Of a stretch of 64,000 nt of DNA, positions 35,527-44,798 are shown one piece after another (within the stretch, counting starts at the first letter, position 1; every line of letters starts with the position of its first letter). This stretch comes from Spirochaetia bacterium (lineage in GTDB: Bacteria > Spirochaetota > Spirochaetia > SZUA-6 > Bin103). The translations under genes and the position numbers were made by a program. The notes under the pieces are model-generated. The model was not told the DNA's origin, made no database searches, and was given only the letters and a program-made list of their open reading frames with translations. The stretch covers positions 1,130,374 to 1,194,373 of the forward strand of contig CBDATQ010000002.1 of the NCBI GenBank assembly GCA_965199955.1, read 5' to 3'.

Positions 35527-36870
35527 TTGCCGGTGACCTTCGACTGGGCGGGCAGCCGCTGGCAGGACCCCTGGACCGGAACCGAGGTGGTGCGCCTGGT
35601 GCCCGAGGAGGGGCTGCACGTGCGCATTAGCTACTTCCGGTCGACCGCGCTCACGCGCGACGGCGCCCTGCTCGTGCTGCGTGGCGACGACCCGGAGGGC
35701 CGCCGGCCGTCCTGCCTCTGGGCCATCGACCTGCAGAGCGGCCACGCCGAGCGCATCCACGAGTACCGGGTCTTCGACGACGGCAGCGATGGCCTGGCCG
35801 GCTGGGCGGTCTCGCCGCAGTCGCATCTGCTGCACGTGGCGGAGCACTCGGGCGACCGGCCGGAGATCGTGCGCATCGACCTGGACGACGGCGCGAAGAC
35901 CCGCATCGAGCCCGAACGCCCGCTGCCGCCTGTCGTGTTCGCCGAGTGCACGGCCGACGACCGCTACACGTTCGCCTACGAGGCGCTGAAGGACCGCGAC
36001 CTGCCTGCCGGCACGACGCCTCTGGAGCGGTCGGCGATCCTGGGTTCGGAGCCCGGCCCCAACCTGATGTACCGGATCGACCTGGTGACGGGGGCCGTCG
36101 ACACGATCGTCGAAACGGACCGGTTCTGGGTCGGCCATCCCAACCCCAATCCGGTCGATCCGTCACTCTTCATGTGCTGCCAGGAGGGCTACTACTTCAC
36201 CGAGCGCTACCGGCGCCCGGTCGACATGCAGCGCCAGCGCATCGTCGACCTGTCCACTGGCCGCTGGCTCGACCTGCAGGGAAGGCTGCGCTCGCGCGGC
36301 ACCCACGAGCACTGGAGCGCCGACGGCGCGCGGGTCTATTCGCACGGCTGGCCCTTCGCGTGCCACGCCATCTACGTGAACGACCTCGAGCGGGAGCGCG
36401 CGACCCGCTACATCGGGCGCCCGCACGTGGGCAATTCCATCCATATGACACCTGCGCCCGACGAGTCGTTCATGACCGGCGACGGGCGCAGCTTCAGCGT
36501 CGTCGACCTCGGCCTCATCGAGAGCCTGGGGCAGGACGCGAGTCCCACCTCGACCCACCCGTGGGACGGGCTGCACAACAGTGCCTCCGCCACCGAGGTC
36601 ATCTGGAAGTTCGATCTGCCCGAACGGACGCTGTGGCCGGAGGTGCGGGAGTTCCAGACCGAGGCGGAGGCGCACCAGGCGATCGCCGAGAACCCCGATC
36701 ACGTGGTCGGAACCACCCCGATCTGCCGTTTCCGCAGCATGCCGCGGCTGAAGATGAGGGCCGGCCGCTTCGAGACCAACGTGCACGTCACCCGCGACAG
36801 CCGCTGGGCGGTGTTCCAGTCGGCGAGCGAGCAGGGTCTGTACGAGGTCTGGGCCGCGCGCGTGACGTAG
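35527..36870 (+). CDS. Oligogalacturonide-lyase-like (PL22/TolB-like beta-propeller) protein, divergent third copy
   Basis: 447 aa with a TTG start. ..WQDPWTGTEVVRLVPEEGLHVRISYF..DG.. at the N-terminus and ..TNVHVTRDSRWAVFQSASEQGLYEVW at the C-terminus follow the same architecture. Confidence 0.55.
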   Translation: MPVTFDWAGSRWQDPWTGTEVVRLVPEEGLHVRISYFRSTALTRDGALLVLRGDDPEGRRPSCLWAIDLQSGHAERIHEYRVFDDGSDGLAGWAVSPQSHLLHVAEHSGDRPEIVRIDLDDGAKTRIEPERPLPPVVFAECTADDRYTFAYEALKDRDLPAGTTPLERSAILGSEPGPNLMYRIDLVTGAVDTIVETDRFWVGHPNPNPVDPSLFMCCQEGYYFTERYRRPVDMQRQRIVDLSTGRWLDLQGRLRSRGTHEHWSADGARVYSHGWPFACHAIYVNDLERERATRYIGRPHVGNSIHMTPAPDESFMTGDGRSFSVVDLGLIESLGQDASPTSTHPWDGLHNSASATEVIWKFDLPERTLWPEVREFQTEAEAHQAIAENPDHVVGTTPICRFRSMPRLKMRAGRFETNVHVTRDSRWAVFQSASEQGLYEVWAARVT

Positions 36871-36877
36871 CGCCCCT

Positions 36878-37130
36878 TTACAGCCGGGAAACGCTCCGGA
36901 ACTCGTCGAACAGCCGCGGCAGGTCGACCGCCGAGGTAGCTGTGCCCGTCCTGCCCGAAGTAGAGCTCGCCGTCGGTGGCCTCGAACTCCGAGTCGACGT
37001 CGATGGTGTAGCAGCCTCGTGCCAGGGCGAAGCGCACGGTGCGGCGTTCCGTGCACACGCGCTCCGGTTCGCTCCCGTCGGTGCCCTCGGCCGGCGCGAA
37101 GAACTCCCGCAGCGGCGGCGGCACGTCCAC
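36878..37130 (-). pseudogene. Small ORF or former C-terminal extension of the hydrolase, frameshifted near 36929
   Basis: The frame continues in phase after the hydrolase TGA (37185-37187). VDVPPPLREFFAPAEG..CYTIDVDSEFEATDGELYFGQDGHSYLG then switches frame to VDLPRLFDEFRSVSRL*. Confidence 0.3.
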
Positions 37131-37184
37131 CTTGGGGACCCACTCGTTGCGCGCCGCCAGGACGACGGCATCCGCTGTCAGCCC

Positions 37185-38267
37185 TCAGCGACTCAGTTGC
37201 CGCACCATCCACGGGATCGACTCGCCGCCGTGGAACAGGTGCCCACCGGCGTACCGGTGGATCCCCAGGTGCTCACGTGCGCCGAGCAGCGTGTACGCCT
37301 CCGCGACCATGTCGAAGGCGGGCTGATACGGATAGCCCGTGTCCGACTCGCCCGACTCGACGAACTGCGGCCGCGGCGCGATCAGGGCGGAGATGTCGGG
37401 CATGTCGCACAGGCGGCCGATGCCGAAGGGGTGGTGGCAGATGCAGTGGCTGTGCCAGACGGTCTGCACGAAGGTGGTGAAGAAGCCGGAGAGCACCACT
37501 GCCCGCACGCGGCGGTCCAGCGCGGTGAGCACCTGCGACAGCCAGCAGCCTCCCGACAGGCCGGCGCAGCCGATGCGCCGGGCGTCCACCTCGGGACGCG
37601 CCGCCAGCAGGTTGAGCGCCGCCATGAGTTCGAACACGCGCAGGCCGGTCAGGTCCAGGCCCACGTGGTTGAGCCGGAACCACAGTGCATGGCAGGGGCC
37701 GGGGCTCTTCGCCGGGTCGTGCTCGGGGCCGCCGCCGCGCTCCCCCACGCCGGCGTGCTCGGGCGCCAGGGCGACCAGGCCGCGGACGGCGAACTCGTGC
37801 GCGTAGGGGACGCCGACGTTGGCGACGGCCGCCTGTTCCGGGTCCGCCACCGCGCGGCTCTGGCCGTTCACGTGTCCATGTGGACACAGGACCGCGGCCC
37901 GCGGGGTGGCCGGTTCATCGTCACCATCGGGTACCAGCAGGTAGGCGCGCGCCCAGTTGCCGGGCAGGGTCTCGTACGCCAGCTTGTGGCGCTTGTAGCC
38001 GTCGCACTCGACGGTCTCCAGGACGACCGGCTGCGGGCGCGGCACCGGGCCAAGCCGCGACAGGGCCAGCGTGCGGCGCAGCGCGCGGCGCAGGCGGCCT
38101 CGCCAGGAGAGCCACGCCTCACGGTCGGCGGTCTGCGGGTACGGCAGCGCCCGCTCGAAGTCGAAGTAGTGGTCGTTCAGGTAGCGGAGGGTGCTCGGCG
38201 GCTCGTGCGGGCCCAGCGGGTGGCGCGGCTCGATCAGCGGCTGGCCGCTCTGGGTGACCCTTCTCAT
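37185..38267 (-). CDS. Alpha/beta hydrolase (acetyl-xylan-esterase / dienelactone-hydrolase-like)
   Basis: 360 aa with nucleophile elbow CAGLSGGC. ATGA overlap with the upstream pseudogene stop. Confidence 0.7.
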   Translation of the reverse strand: MRRVTQSGQPLIEPRHPLGPHEPPSTLRYLNDHYFDFERALPYPQTADREAWLSWRGRLRRALRRTLALSRLGPVPRPQPVVLETVECDGYKRHKLAYETLPGNWARAYLLVPDGDDEPATPRAAVLCPHGHVNGQSRAVADPEQAAVANVGVPYAHEFAVRGLVALAPEHAGVGERGGGPEHDPAKSPGPCHALWFRLNHVGLDLTGLRVFELMAALNLLAARPEVDARRIGCAGLSGGCWLSQVLTALDRRVRAVVLSGFFTTFVQTVWHSHCICHHPFGIGRLCDMPDISALIAPRPQFVESGESDTGYPYQPAFDMVAEAYTLLGAREHLGIHRYAGGHLFHGGESIPWMVRQLSR

Positions 38268-39042
38268 GCCGGGCTCAGGGTGTGGTCGATCCCCAGCTTG
38301 ATCGAGCGCTCAGGATGCGCGTTCAGCGCCAGGTAGGCGTGGGCGGCGCGCGCCATCGGCACGATCGGATCGACCAGGGCCTCGGCCTGAAGCCGCCCTT
38401 CCTCCAGCAACGCCACCACCTCGGGCTTGATCCGCTCGTCCCAACTGTACTCGCGCGGCTGCGGCGGCACGGCGCTGCTCGATCGGGTCGCTGGCTGCCA
38501 CCCAGCGCGCTCCGGACAGCTTGGCCATCTGCACCGCCATCTGCCCGATGGCGCCGAGTCCGAACACGGCCACCCGCTCACCGAGCCGCACCTGCCCGTC
38601 GCGGATGCCGCCCAGGGCGTACATCGCCGCCTCGTCGTACACCAAGGTTCTGGTTGGAGACCGCATGCGGCACGGTCCGCAGGGAGAAGTGCTCCACCGG
38701 GATGACGTGGGTGTCGGCCACGCTGCCGTGCGCGTAGACCCGGTCGCCCACCTGCACGCCATGGCCCCGGGCACCGACCTCCGTCACGATGCCGACGAAT
38801 CCCTCGCCGAGCTTCTTGGGGAAGCGGGGCACCGCCGGCTCTCCGCGCCGGTGCAGCCTGAGATCCGGGTCCTAGCGGTCGGTGGCGTCGGCCGAGTCGA
38901 ACCGGAAGTCCCGGAACTCCGTGCCGTGCTTCACCGCGCTGAACCGGGTGGTTATCCGCACCTCGCCGGCCGCGAGCGGCGGATCCTCGTATTCGCGCAG
39001 GACGGCGTGACCGGGCCGGTCGGCGATCAGCTCGAGCGGCAT
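38264..39042 (-). pseudogene. Zinc-type (MDR) alcohol/sugar dehydrogenase, heavily decayed
   Basis: MPLELIADRPGHAVLREYEDPPLAAGEVRITTRFSAVKHGTEF..DATDR, then an in-frame TAG (38872-38874), then DPDLRLH..PKKLGEGFVGIVTEVG... Two further frame switches follow (..GLGAIGQMAVQMAKLSGA.., ..VDPIVPMARAAHAYLAL..). The total length is about 250 nt too short. Confidence 0.7.
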
Positions 39043-39081
39043 TCGGTGACGGTAGGGCCGGGCCGGTTCGGCGTCAACCAG

Positions 39082-40408
39082 CTACCAAGCCGTTTCCCGG
39101 CAGAAGTAGACGCGGTTCTGGAAGCCGGGATCCTCCCGGGTGCCCGGCACCGGTCGCGAGGTGCGGTCGAAGTAGAGGATCCCGCGGCCCCCCCGGCCAC
39201 GGGACGCCCGACACCGGAAGCTCGTACTTGGGCGATCGCGCCTCCGCGGCGGCCGGAAACGCTTCCTGGACGGTGAAGGTGGCGCCGCGGTCGCGCGAGA
39301 CCAGCCACACGACCGGGTTGTCGGCGTCCGGGTCGGCGGCCGGCACCCTGCCGCCGGCAATCCCGCGCAGTCCCGGCCGGGTCGGCAGGTGACCGTCCCA
39401 CCCGGAGTGATCGGCGGGCACCAGCGTGACGAGCGAGCGAAAGACGCCGTCCGCGTCGATCGTGAAGGTGCCGCGGCAGAACATGGCGCGGTGCCCGGGG
39501 TAAGCCGACCGGAGCGAAGCGTCGATCGATCGCTGGCGCCAGATGCCCGACTCGTCCGGCGATGCCAGGATCATCTCACCGGCACGGTTCAGGTGGTAGA
39601 GGTAGAGAACATGGGGCGTGCCCTCCGGGTCCAGCGCGATGCTGCCCTGCGCGGTCAGGACCGGCGGAGGGATCGACTCGTGCCGCAGGCCGGTGCTCTG
39701 ACAGAGCACGTCCATGCCGCACGGGCGGGCCGGAGTCAGGGCCGGCTTGCCGCGGCAGGTGCGCCAGTTCCGTCCCCCGTCCGGTGACTGCAGGTAGACG
39801 ATCGCCTGGTGGATGCCGCGCTGCTCGTGGGTGCCCTCGTAGATGTCGCACACCAGGTGCAGCACGCCGTCGCCGTCGAAGCGGAGGCCGCAGGCGAAGC
39901 AGGCGTATCCGGGGTAGTCGGCCAGCCGGTCGATGACCTTGCCGACGTGGTGCCACGGCCCGTCGGGCGGCCGGCGATACAGCTCCAGGCCGTTCTGAGC
40001 GCCGTGGCGCATGCCGAGGTAGAGGTTCCCGTCGGGCCTGCAGACCAGGCAGGGGTAGGTGCCGTCGGCGATCTCCTCCGGATCGGTCCACGCCGACGCG
40101 TCGTTGGCCGCGCGTGAGCGCCGGTAGGTGCAGGCCGTGTTGTGACCGCTCAGGACCGCGTGCAGAAACCCGTCGGCGTCGGCCACCAACACCGCGCGGG
40201 CGTGGTCGTCGTAGGCGCTGCCCAGGGTGCAGGTGGGAGACCATTCGCCGCTGTCGAGATCCAGCGTGCGCACGCGGTTGAAGTAGCCCTCCGGGGTGAC
40301 GTCCTGCCACGTCACGTGCGTGCGGCGGCCCACGGTGACGATCTTGTTGCCGCCCTCGTTGGTCGCCGACTGGCTGCCGGCGGTGGAGATCAGGTCGCAG
40401 TTGCGCAT
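39082..40408 (-). pseudogene. BNR_4-family (BNR repeat-containing) protein, frame broken in a G7 run
   Basis: N-terminus ISTAGSQSATNEGGNKIVTVGRRTHVTWQD..DDHARAVLVADADGFLHAVLSGHN... The tail switches from ..GVPWPGG to RGILYFDRTSRPVPGTREDPGFQNRVYFCRETAW* at the homopolymer 39188-39194. One fewer G restores the frame. Confidence 0.6.
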
Positions 40409-40458
40409 GAGGAATCATCCTACGGCCATCCGCACGCGTCGACCCGTAGCTCGGGGGC

Positions 40459-40477
40459 CCGTCCACCTGCTACCATG
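40459..40477 (+). promoter_or_regulatory. Second copy of the motif CCGTC(A/C)ACCTGCTACC(C/A)TG
   Basis: See 35500-35518. TACCAT lies 6 nt upstream of the ATG at 40483, which suggests a leaderless transcript. Confidence 0.45.
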
Positions 40478-40482
40478 GACTC

Positions 40483-41832
40483 ATGCTGAAGTTCGGGTGC
40501 GCAACACGGGACATCACGCCGGATCGGCCGGTCTGGATGGGAGGCTACGCCAACCGCGACGGGCCATCGACGGGGGCCAGTGAGCCGATCCTGGCCGGCT
40601 GCATCGCCGTGCAGACCGGTGAGGGTCAGGCCGACGGCGGGGCGCCGGCGCTGATCGTCACCCTGGACCTGGTCGGCGTGCATGACGCGGCGGCGCGGGC
40701 TCTTGCCGGCCGCATCGCCGAGCGGACCGGCGTCCCGGTGGAGCGCATCATGCTTGCCTGCTCGCACACCCACTACGCGCCGGCGGCGGGACTGCAGCGG
40801 ATCTATCGCCCGCACGTGGGATGGAACGGCATCAACGACGCGGACGCTGCCTACGTGGACGAGATGACCACCAAGGTGGTCTCCGCATGCGCAGAGGCGG
40901 TGGGCCGCCTGGCGCCGGGCACGGTCGAGGTGCTGCGCACCCGCGTGCCGCAGGTCCACTACAACCGGCGCATCCGCCAGCACGACGGCTCGGTGGCCAC
41001 CACCTTCCGCTACCCAAACGGCACCGATCCGGCTCCGGAGCTGTCACCCACCGACGACCGCCTGACGGCGCTGCGCTTCCGCGCCGCCGAATCCGGCGAC
41101 GTGGGCGCGATTCTCGTGCACTTCGGCTGCCACACGGTCACCGGTGACCGGCACGGGGACGGCACGTCGCTGCTCGTGTCGTCCGACTTCGTGCACTACC
41201 TGAGAAGCGCGCTGGCCGAAGAATACGGCTCTCCGGTGTTCTTCGCGCAGGCGGCGGCCGGCGACGTCGTGCCGATGCGCCGCCTGGGCGAGTCGCGGCG
41301 TTGGATCGGCGAGACCCTCGCGCACGCCGTGCTGCTCGGCGAACGGGCGTTTCGTCCCGTCTCCGCCGAGCGGGTGGCAGTGACCTGGGATGAGCTTCGT
41401 GCACGCGTGCGCCACGACCTGACCGGCGACCCGGAGGCCCGGCTGCAAGCTGCCGCCGACCAGCTCCGGGCCGCTCCCGGAGGACAGGACGAGGCGGTGC
41501 GTGACGCCTACCTGGAGGCGCTGCACCTGGCCTACGCGGCGCGCCGGTGGCCGGAGCGCTCCTTCACCGTCCGCATCCAGCAGGTGCGGATCGGCGATCT
41601 GCCGCTGGTGGCCCTGCCCTTCGAGGTGCTGGCCGAGCTCGGGCTGCGCGTGGCCGATCGCTTCCCGGACGCCTTGGTTATCTCCTACGCGAACGGCTAC
41701 GAGGGCTACCTGCCGTTCCGGCACGACCTCGCCGCCGGCGGCTACGAGGCGCAGACCGGCTCGGCCCACTTCGAGCCCGGCACCGCCGAGCGGATTCTCG
41801 ACGCGGTGCTGCGCGGCCTGGAGCGTCGCTGA
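40483..41832 (+). CDS. Neutral/alkaline ceramidase-like N-terminal-domain family protein
   Basis: 449 aa. FGCATRDITPDRPVWMGGYANR and ..ACSHTHYAP.. are characteristic of the family. Confidence 0.6.
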   Translation: MLKFGCATRDITPDRPVWMGGYANRDGPSTGASEPILAGCIAVQTGEGQADGGAPALIVTLDLVGVHDAAARALAGRIAERTGVPVERIMLACSHTHYAPAAGLQRIYRPHVGWNGINDADAAYVDEMTTKVVSACAEAVGRLAPGTVEVLRTRVPQVHYNRRIRQHDGSVATTFRYPNGTDPAPELSPTDDRLTALRFRAAESGDVGAILVHFGCHTVTGDRHGDGTSLLVSSDFVHYLRSALAEEYGSPVFFAQAAAGDVVPMRRLGESRRWIGETLAHAVLLGERAFRPVSAERVAVTWDELRARVRHDLTGDPEARLQAAADQLRAAPGGQDEAVRDAYLEALHLAYAARRWPERSFTVRIQQVRIGDLPLVALPFEVLAELGLRVADRFPDALVISYANGYEGYLPFRHDLAAGGYEAQTGSAHFEPGTAERILDAVLRGLERR

Positions 41833-42272
41833 GCGCCGACCGGCACCTGGCCGGACGGCCGGCGTTCAGTCGTGGGCGGCGGGGGACAGCGACGCGAGGT
41901 CATCGGGCAGGTTGCCGTCGGCGTCGAAGGGGAGAGGCCGCGGGGTCGGTGAGCACGTCCAGGTCGTCGCGGCTGCGCGCCTCGTCCCAGTAGGCGGCGG
42001 CGCACTCGACCTCGCCCAGGTCCAGGGTGTGGTGGACCCAGATCAGCCGGGCGTCCGGCGGCTCGGTCAGACGATCTCGGTCAGCACCACCTGCAGCAGC
42101 TCGGCGTCCGTCTCGAAGTCGACCGGCAGCATCGCGCCGGTGTAGTGGTCGCTGGTCGAAGTCCGGGAGGCGCGGTCCCAGGGCGGCAGCCACGCGGGCC
42201 GTGCGGCCGTAGGCGTTCTCGACGATGCCGAACGCGGAACACCTGTGGGTAGTCGATGACGCCCTCCCGCCT

Positions 42273-43211
42273 CTACGAGGTCGCGGCTCCCTGCGCGGCC
42301 GGGCCCTCCGGCGTGGGCCGGAGGACCGGCATCGCGGCGGCTCCTCCGGCCTGCGAGGCGCGTTCCGCGGCGTCCAGGATGGCGATCACCTCCACCGCGT
42401 CCTCCAGCGGCACGGGCGTTGCGCCCCCAGCCAGGAACGGCACCAGCTCGCTGAGCATGGCCGTGTAGATCCCGGCCTGGTCCACGGTGTACGGCACGAC
42501 GTCCTTGCCGCCGCGCAGCACGCCGCCGTAGCCGCTGCCGACGAACAGCTCCACCACGCCGGTGCCGCCGTCCGGGTACTCGACGACCAGGATCGCGTCC
42601 TCGCCCCAGCGGTGGGTCGAGACCGTGATCGCCCCGCGGCCGATGGCGCGGACCAACATCTCCACCGCGTGCACGCCGTACCAGACGATCGAGCTGCCGG
42701 CGGCCGCGCGGTTGATGGGTCCGAAGGTGGTCACGTGGCGCGGCGCCGGCAGAGCGGCGCACGCGTCCTTGAGCCCGGCAGCGAACCGCAGGGACGAGGC
42801 GGAACAGATGCGAAGGTCGTGCTCTGCCGCGAGACGGGCGATCTCCAGTCCGGCGGCGAGGTCCTGAGCGAGCGGCTTGTCGAGAAACAGCGGCACGCCG
42901 AGGTCGGCGCAGCGCCGCACGTACTGCAGGTGGAGGCCCGGGTCGTTGATCTCGATAAGCACCGCGTCGGCGCCGGCGACCGCGGTGTCGAAGTCTTCGG
43001 TGACCTCCACGCCCCAGCCCTCCAGCTCCTGCTGACGGCCGTCCAGGCCGGCGTGGTCCTGGAAGGGGGTCTCGAAGCGCATGCAGCGGGTCACCGTGAC
43101 GCCGGCGACGCGCTGCTCCGGGGGACAGTCGGGAGCCTGGAAGCGCCGCGTGAACTCGATAGTGTGGCTGGAGTCCAGCCCGATGATGCCGATGCGAAGG
43201 TCGTGAGCCAT
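42273..43211 (-). CDS. Gfo/Idh/MocA family oxidoreductase
   Basis: 312 aa, LRIGIIGLDSSH Rossmann start and LDKPLA motif. Confidence 0.8.
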   Translation of the reverse strand: MAHDLRIGIIGLDSSHTIEFTRRFQAPDCPPEQRVAGVTVTRCMRFETPFQDHAGLDGRQQELEGWGVEVTEDFDTAVAGADAVLIEINDPGLHLQYVRRCADLGVPLFLDKPLAQDLAAGLEIARLAAEHDLRICSASSLRFAAGLKDACAALPAPRHVTTFGPINRAAAGSSIVWYGVHAVEMLVRAIGRGAITVSTHRWGEDAILVVEYPDGGTGVVELFVGSGYGGVLRGGKDVVPYTVDQAGIYTAMLSELVPFLAGGATPVPLEDAVEVIAILDAAERASQAGGAAAMPVLRPTPEGPAAQGAATS

Positions 43212-43381
43212 GATGGCACGCAGTCTACACCGAGGCGGCCCCCGGACGAGTCACAGCCTGCGCATCCGCCGCACGACGTCGCCGAACGTATCCTGCGCGC
43301 ACGTGTTCTGGTGCCGAGTGCGGCACGACAGATCTCGATGAACACGCGCCTGCCTGCGCCGGCGCGTTGTACCATCCGAGT

Positions 43382-44002
43382 ATGGTGAAGGACGCAATCC
43401 GAACTGTGATCCTCAGTGCTCGTGCTCGAACGGTTCTCACGGTGCTGATGTTCACGGCCGCGCTCGGCACTGCCCAGACCACGCCAGCCAGCACGGAAGA
43501 GCCCGGTCCGCCGCCGTCTCCGACGCTGATCCAACTGGCCGACCCGCTCGACGAGCCGGAGTTCTACTGCGTGGACGTGCCAGGCTTCCGGGCAAGCCTC
43601 AATCTGGAAGGCGCGCTGACCGCGCACACCTGCAAGCCGGCAGCGGAGGACGAACTGTTCACCGTCGGCCATCCGTTGGCAGGCAATCTGTACATGCTGG
43701 CCTACGACCGATGCGTCGAAGCCGACGGCGCCACGGACGGGGCGGAGCTCTACCTCACGGCCTGTGCGGACGAGCCGCTGCAGCGGTTCATGCTCACGGA
43801 CGACGGTCAGCTTCGGCTGGGCGCCGCAGAGGGAAGCGCGGCCGACACGGCGTACTGCCTGGCGGTCGAGCCCGGCGAGGGCCAACCGACCGGCGGCCCG
43901 AGCCATCTGCGCCGTGGTCTGCTCCTCACGCCATGCGCGGAGGCCGACCCCAGCCTGACTCGGTGGACCTTCCCCGGCATGCGGCCGGAGGCGCAACAGT
44001 AG
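43382..44002 (+). CDS. Secreted ricin-B-like (beta-trefoil) lectin-domain protein
   Basis: Signal peptide MVKDAIRTVILSARARTVLTVLMFTAALGTAQT, paired Cys residues, and QxF/W-like repeats (LQRFML, LTRWTF). TACCAT lies 6 nt upstream of the ATG; an alternative TTG start is at 43367. Confidence 0.5.
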   Translation: MVKDAIRTVILSARARTVLTVLMFTAALGTAQTTPASTEEPGPPPSPTLIQLADPLDEPEFYCVDVPGFRASLNLEGALTAHTCKPAAEDELFTVGHPLAGNLYMLAYDRCVEADGATDGAELYLTACADEPLQRFMLTDDGQLRLGAAEGSAADTAYCLAVEPGEGQPTGGPSHLRRGLLLTPCAEADPSLTRWTFPGMRPEAQQ

Positions 44003-44320
44003 CGCTCAGCGTCACGACGGCCGGTCCCCGGGCGCGCCCTCCAGTCATTCGGCGACTGCATCGGAGTCGATCCGGGCTCCGTGTCGTCGCAAGAGGTCGA
44101 TGATGGCTGCGGACCGTACGGCGTGGCTCGGCTCGAGTGCGCAGCAGGGCCGAGATGGTGCCTTTCGGCGGGAGTCGCTCACTCGCCGGTGTACGCGCAC
44201 ACATCACACCACCTCCGCCCGAGAGTACTGCACTGCAGGGACGCAAGGGGGATTCGGGACCAGCCGTGCCGCCAAGCCTACGCTCATGCGGGCACCCCGG
44301 GCGTGACGTTGTCGGCAGCC

Positions 44321-44372
44321 GGTTGCCCGTCGCCGGCCGCAGTCATACGATCGCCGCGGAGGTTCCGATGCC
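44321..44372 (+). repeat. 52-bp direct repeat, copy 1 (5'UTR, RBS and ATGCC of hicB)
   Basis: GGTTGCCCGTCGCCGGCCGCAGTCATACGATCGCCGCGGAGGTTCCGATGCC. Copy 2 at 44747-44798 differs at 5 positions by hand alignment. Confidence 0.85.
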
Positions 44373-44598
44373 TGACGTGCGTCATCCCGCGCACACCTAT
44401 ACCGCTGTCGTCGAGCGCTGTCCGGACACCGGCTTCTACGTCGGCTACGTCCCCGGGTTCCCCGGCGCGCACAGTCAGGGGGAGACGATCGACGAGCTGT
44501 CCGAGAACCTCAAGGAAGTCATCTCCATGCTCCTCGACGACGGCGAGCCCGCCATGGAGGCCGAGTACGTCGGCACCAGGACCATCGTCGTAACGTGA
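44368..44598 (+). CDS. hicB: HicB-family antitoxin
   Basis: 76 aa. HTYTAVVERCPDTGFYVGYVPGFPGAHSQGETIDELSENLKEVISMLLDDGEP is the classic HicB N-terminal fold sequence. GGAGG RBS. Confidence 0.8.
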   Translation: MPDVRHPAHTYTAVVERCPDTGFYVGYVPGFPGAHSQGETIDELSENLKEVISMLLDDGEPAMEAEYVGTRTIVVT

Positions 44599-44608
44599 GC
44601 GAGGCGTG

Positions 44609-44734
44609 CCGCCCGTCGGCCGTGGCACGACCGTGCCCGTTCACCGCGGCCGAGATGCCTCACCTGTTCTCCTCCGCCGCATCGCGCGCGACATCGGCAT
44701 GACGGTGCAGCAGTTCGCCGAGCGTCGCCGATAG
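44609..44734 (+). pseudogene. hicA: HicA toxin remnant (C-terminal half only)
   Basis: ..GRGTTVPVHRGRDASPVLLRRIARDIGMTVQQFAERRR* matches the HicA C-terminus (..VPVH.g.dl..g.lr.I....G....eF). The N-terminal ~30 codons and the start codon are absent. Confidence 0.55.
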
Positions 44735-44746
44735 GCCCGCTCGGGC

Positions 44747-44798
44747 GGTTGCTCGGAACCGGCCGCAGTCATACGATCGCCGTGGAGGTTCCGATGCC
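44747..44798 (+). repeat. 52-bp direct repeat, copy 2 (5'UTR, RBS and ATGCC of the DegT gene)
   Basis: GGTTGCTCGGAACCGGCCGCAGTCATACGATCGCCGTGGAGGTTCCGATGCC, 426 bp downstream of copy 1. Confidence 0.85.

Noticed and set aside
37185-37187. The in-phase TGA after the hydrolase as a selenocysteine codon or programmed readthrough.
   Set aside because: I identified no SECIS-like hairpin directly downstream. The downstream frame itself is frameshifted. In-phase continuation has a one-in-three chance by coincidence.
44003-44320. An ankyrin-like peptide fragment (..SHAVRSAAIIDLLRRHGARIDSD..) on the minus strand upstream of hicB.
   Set aside because: It is a single weak repeat-like match with no ORF context. 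It could be chance.
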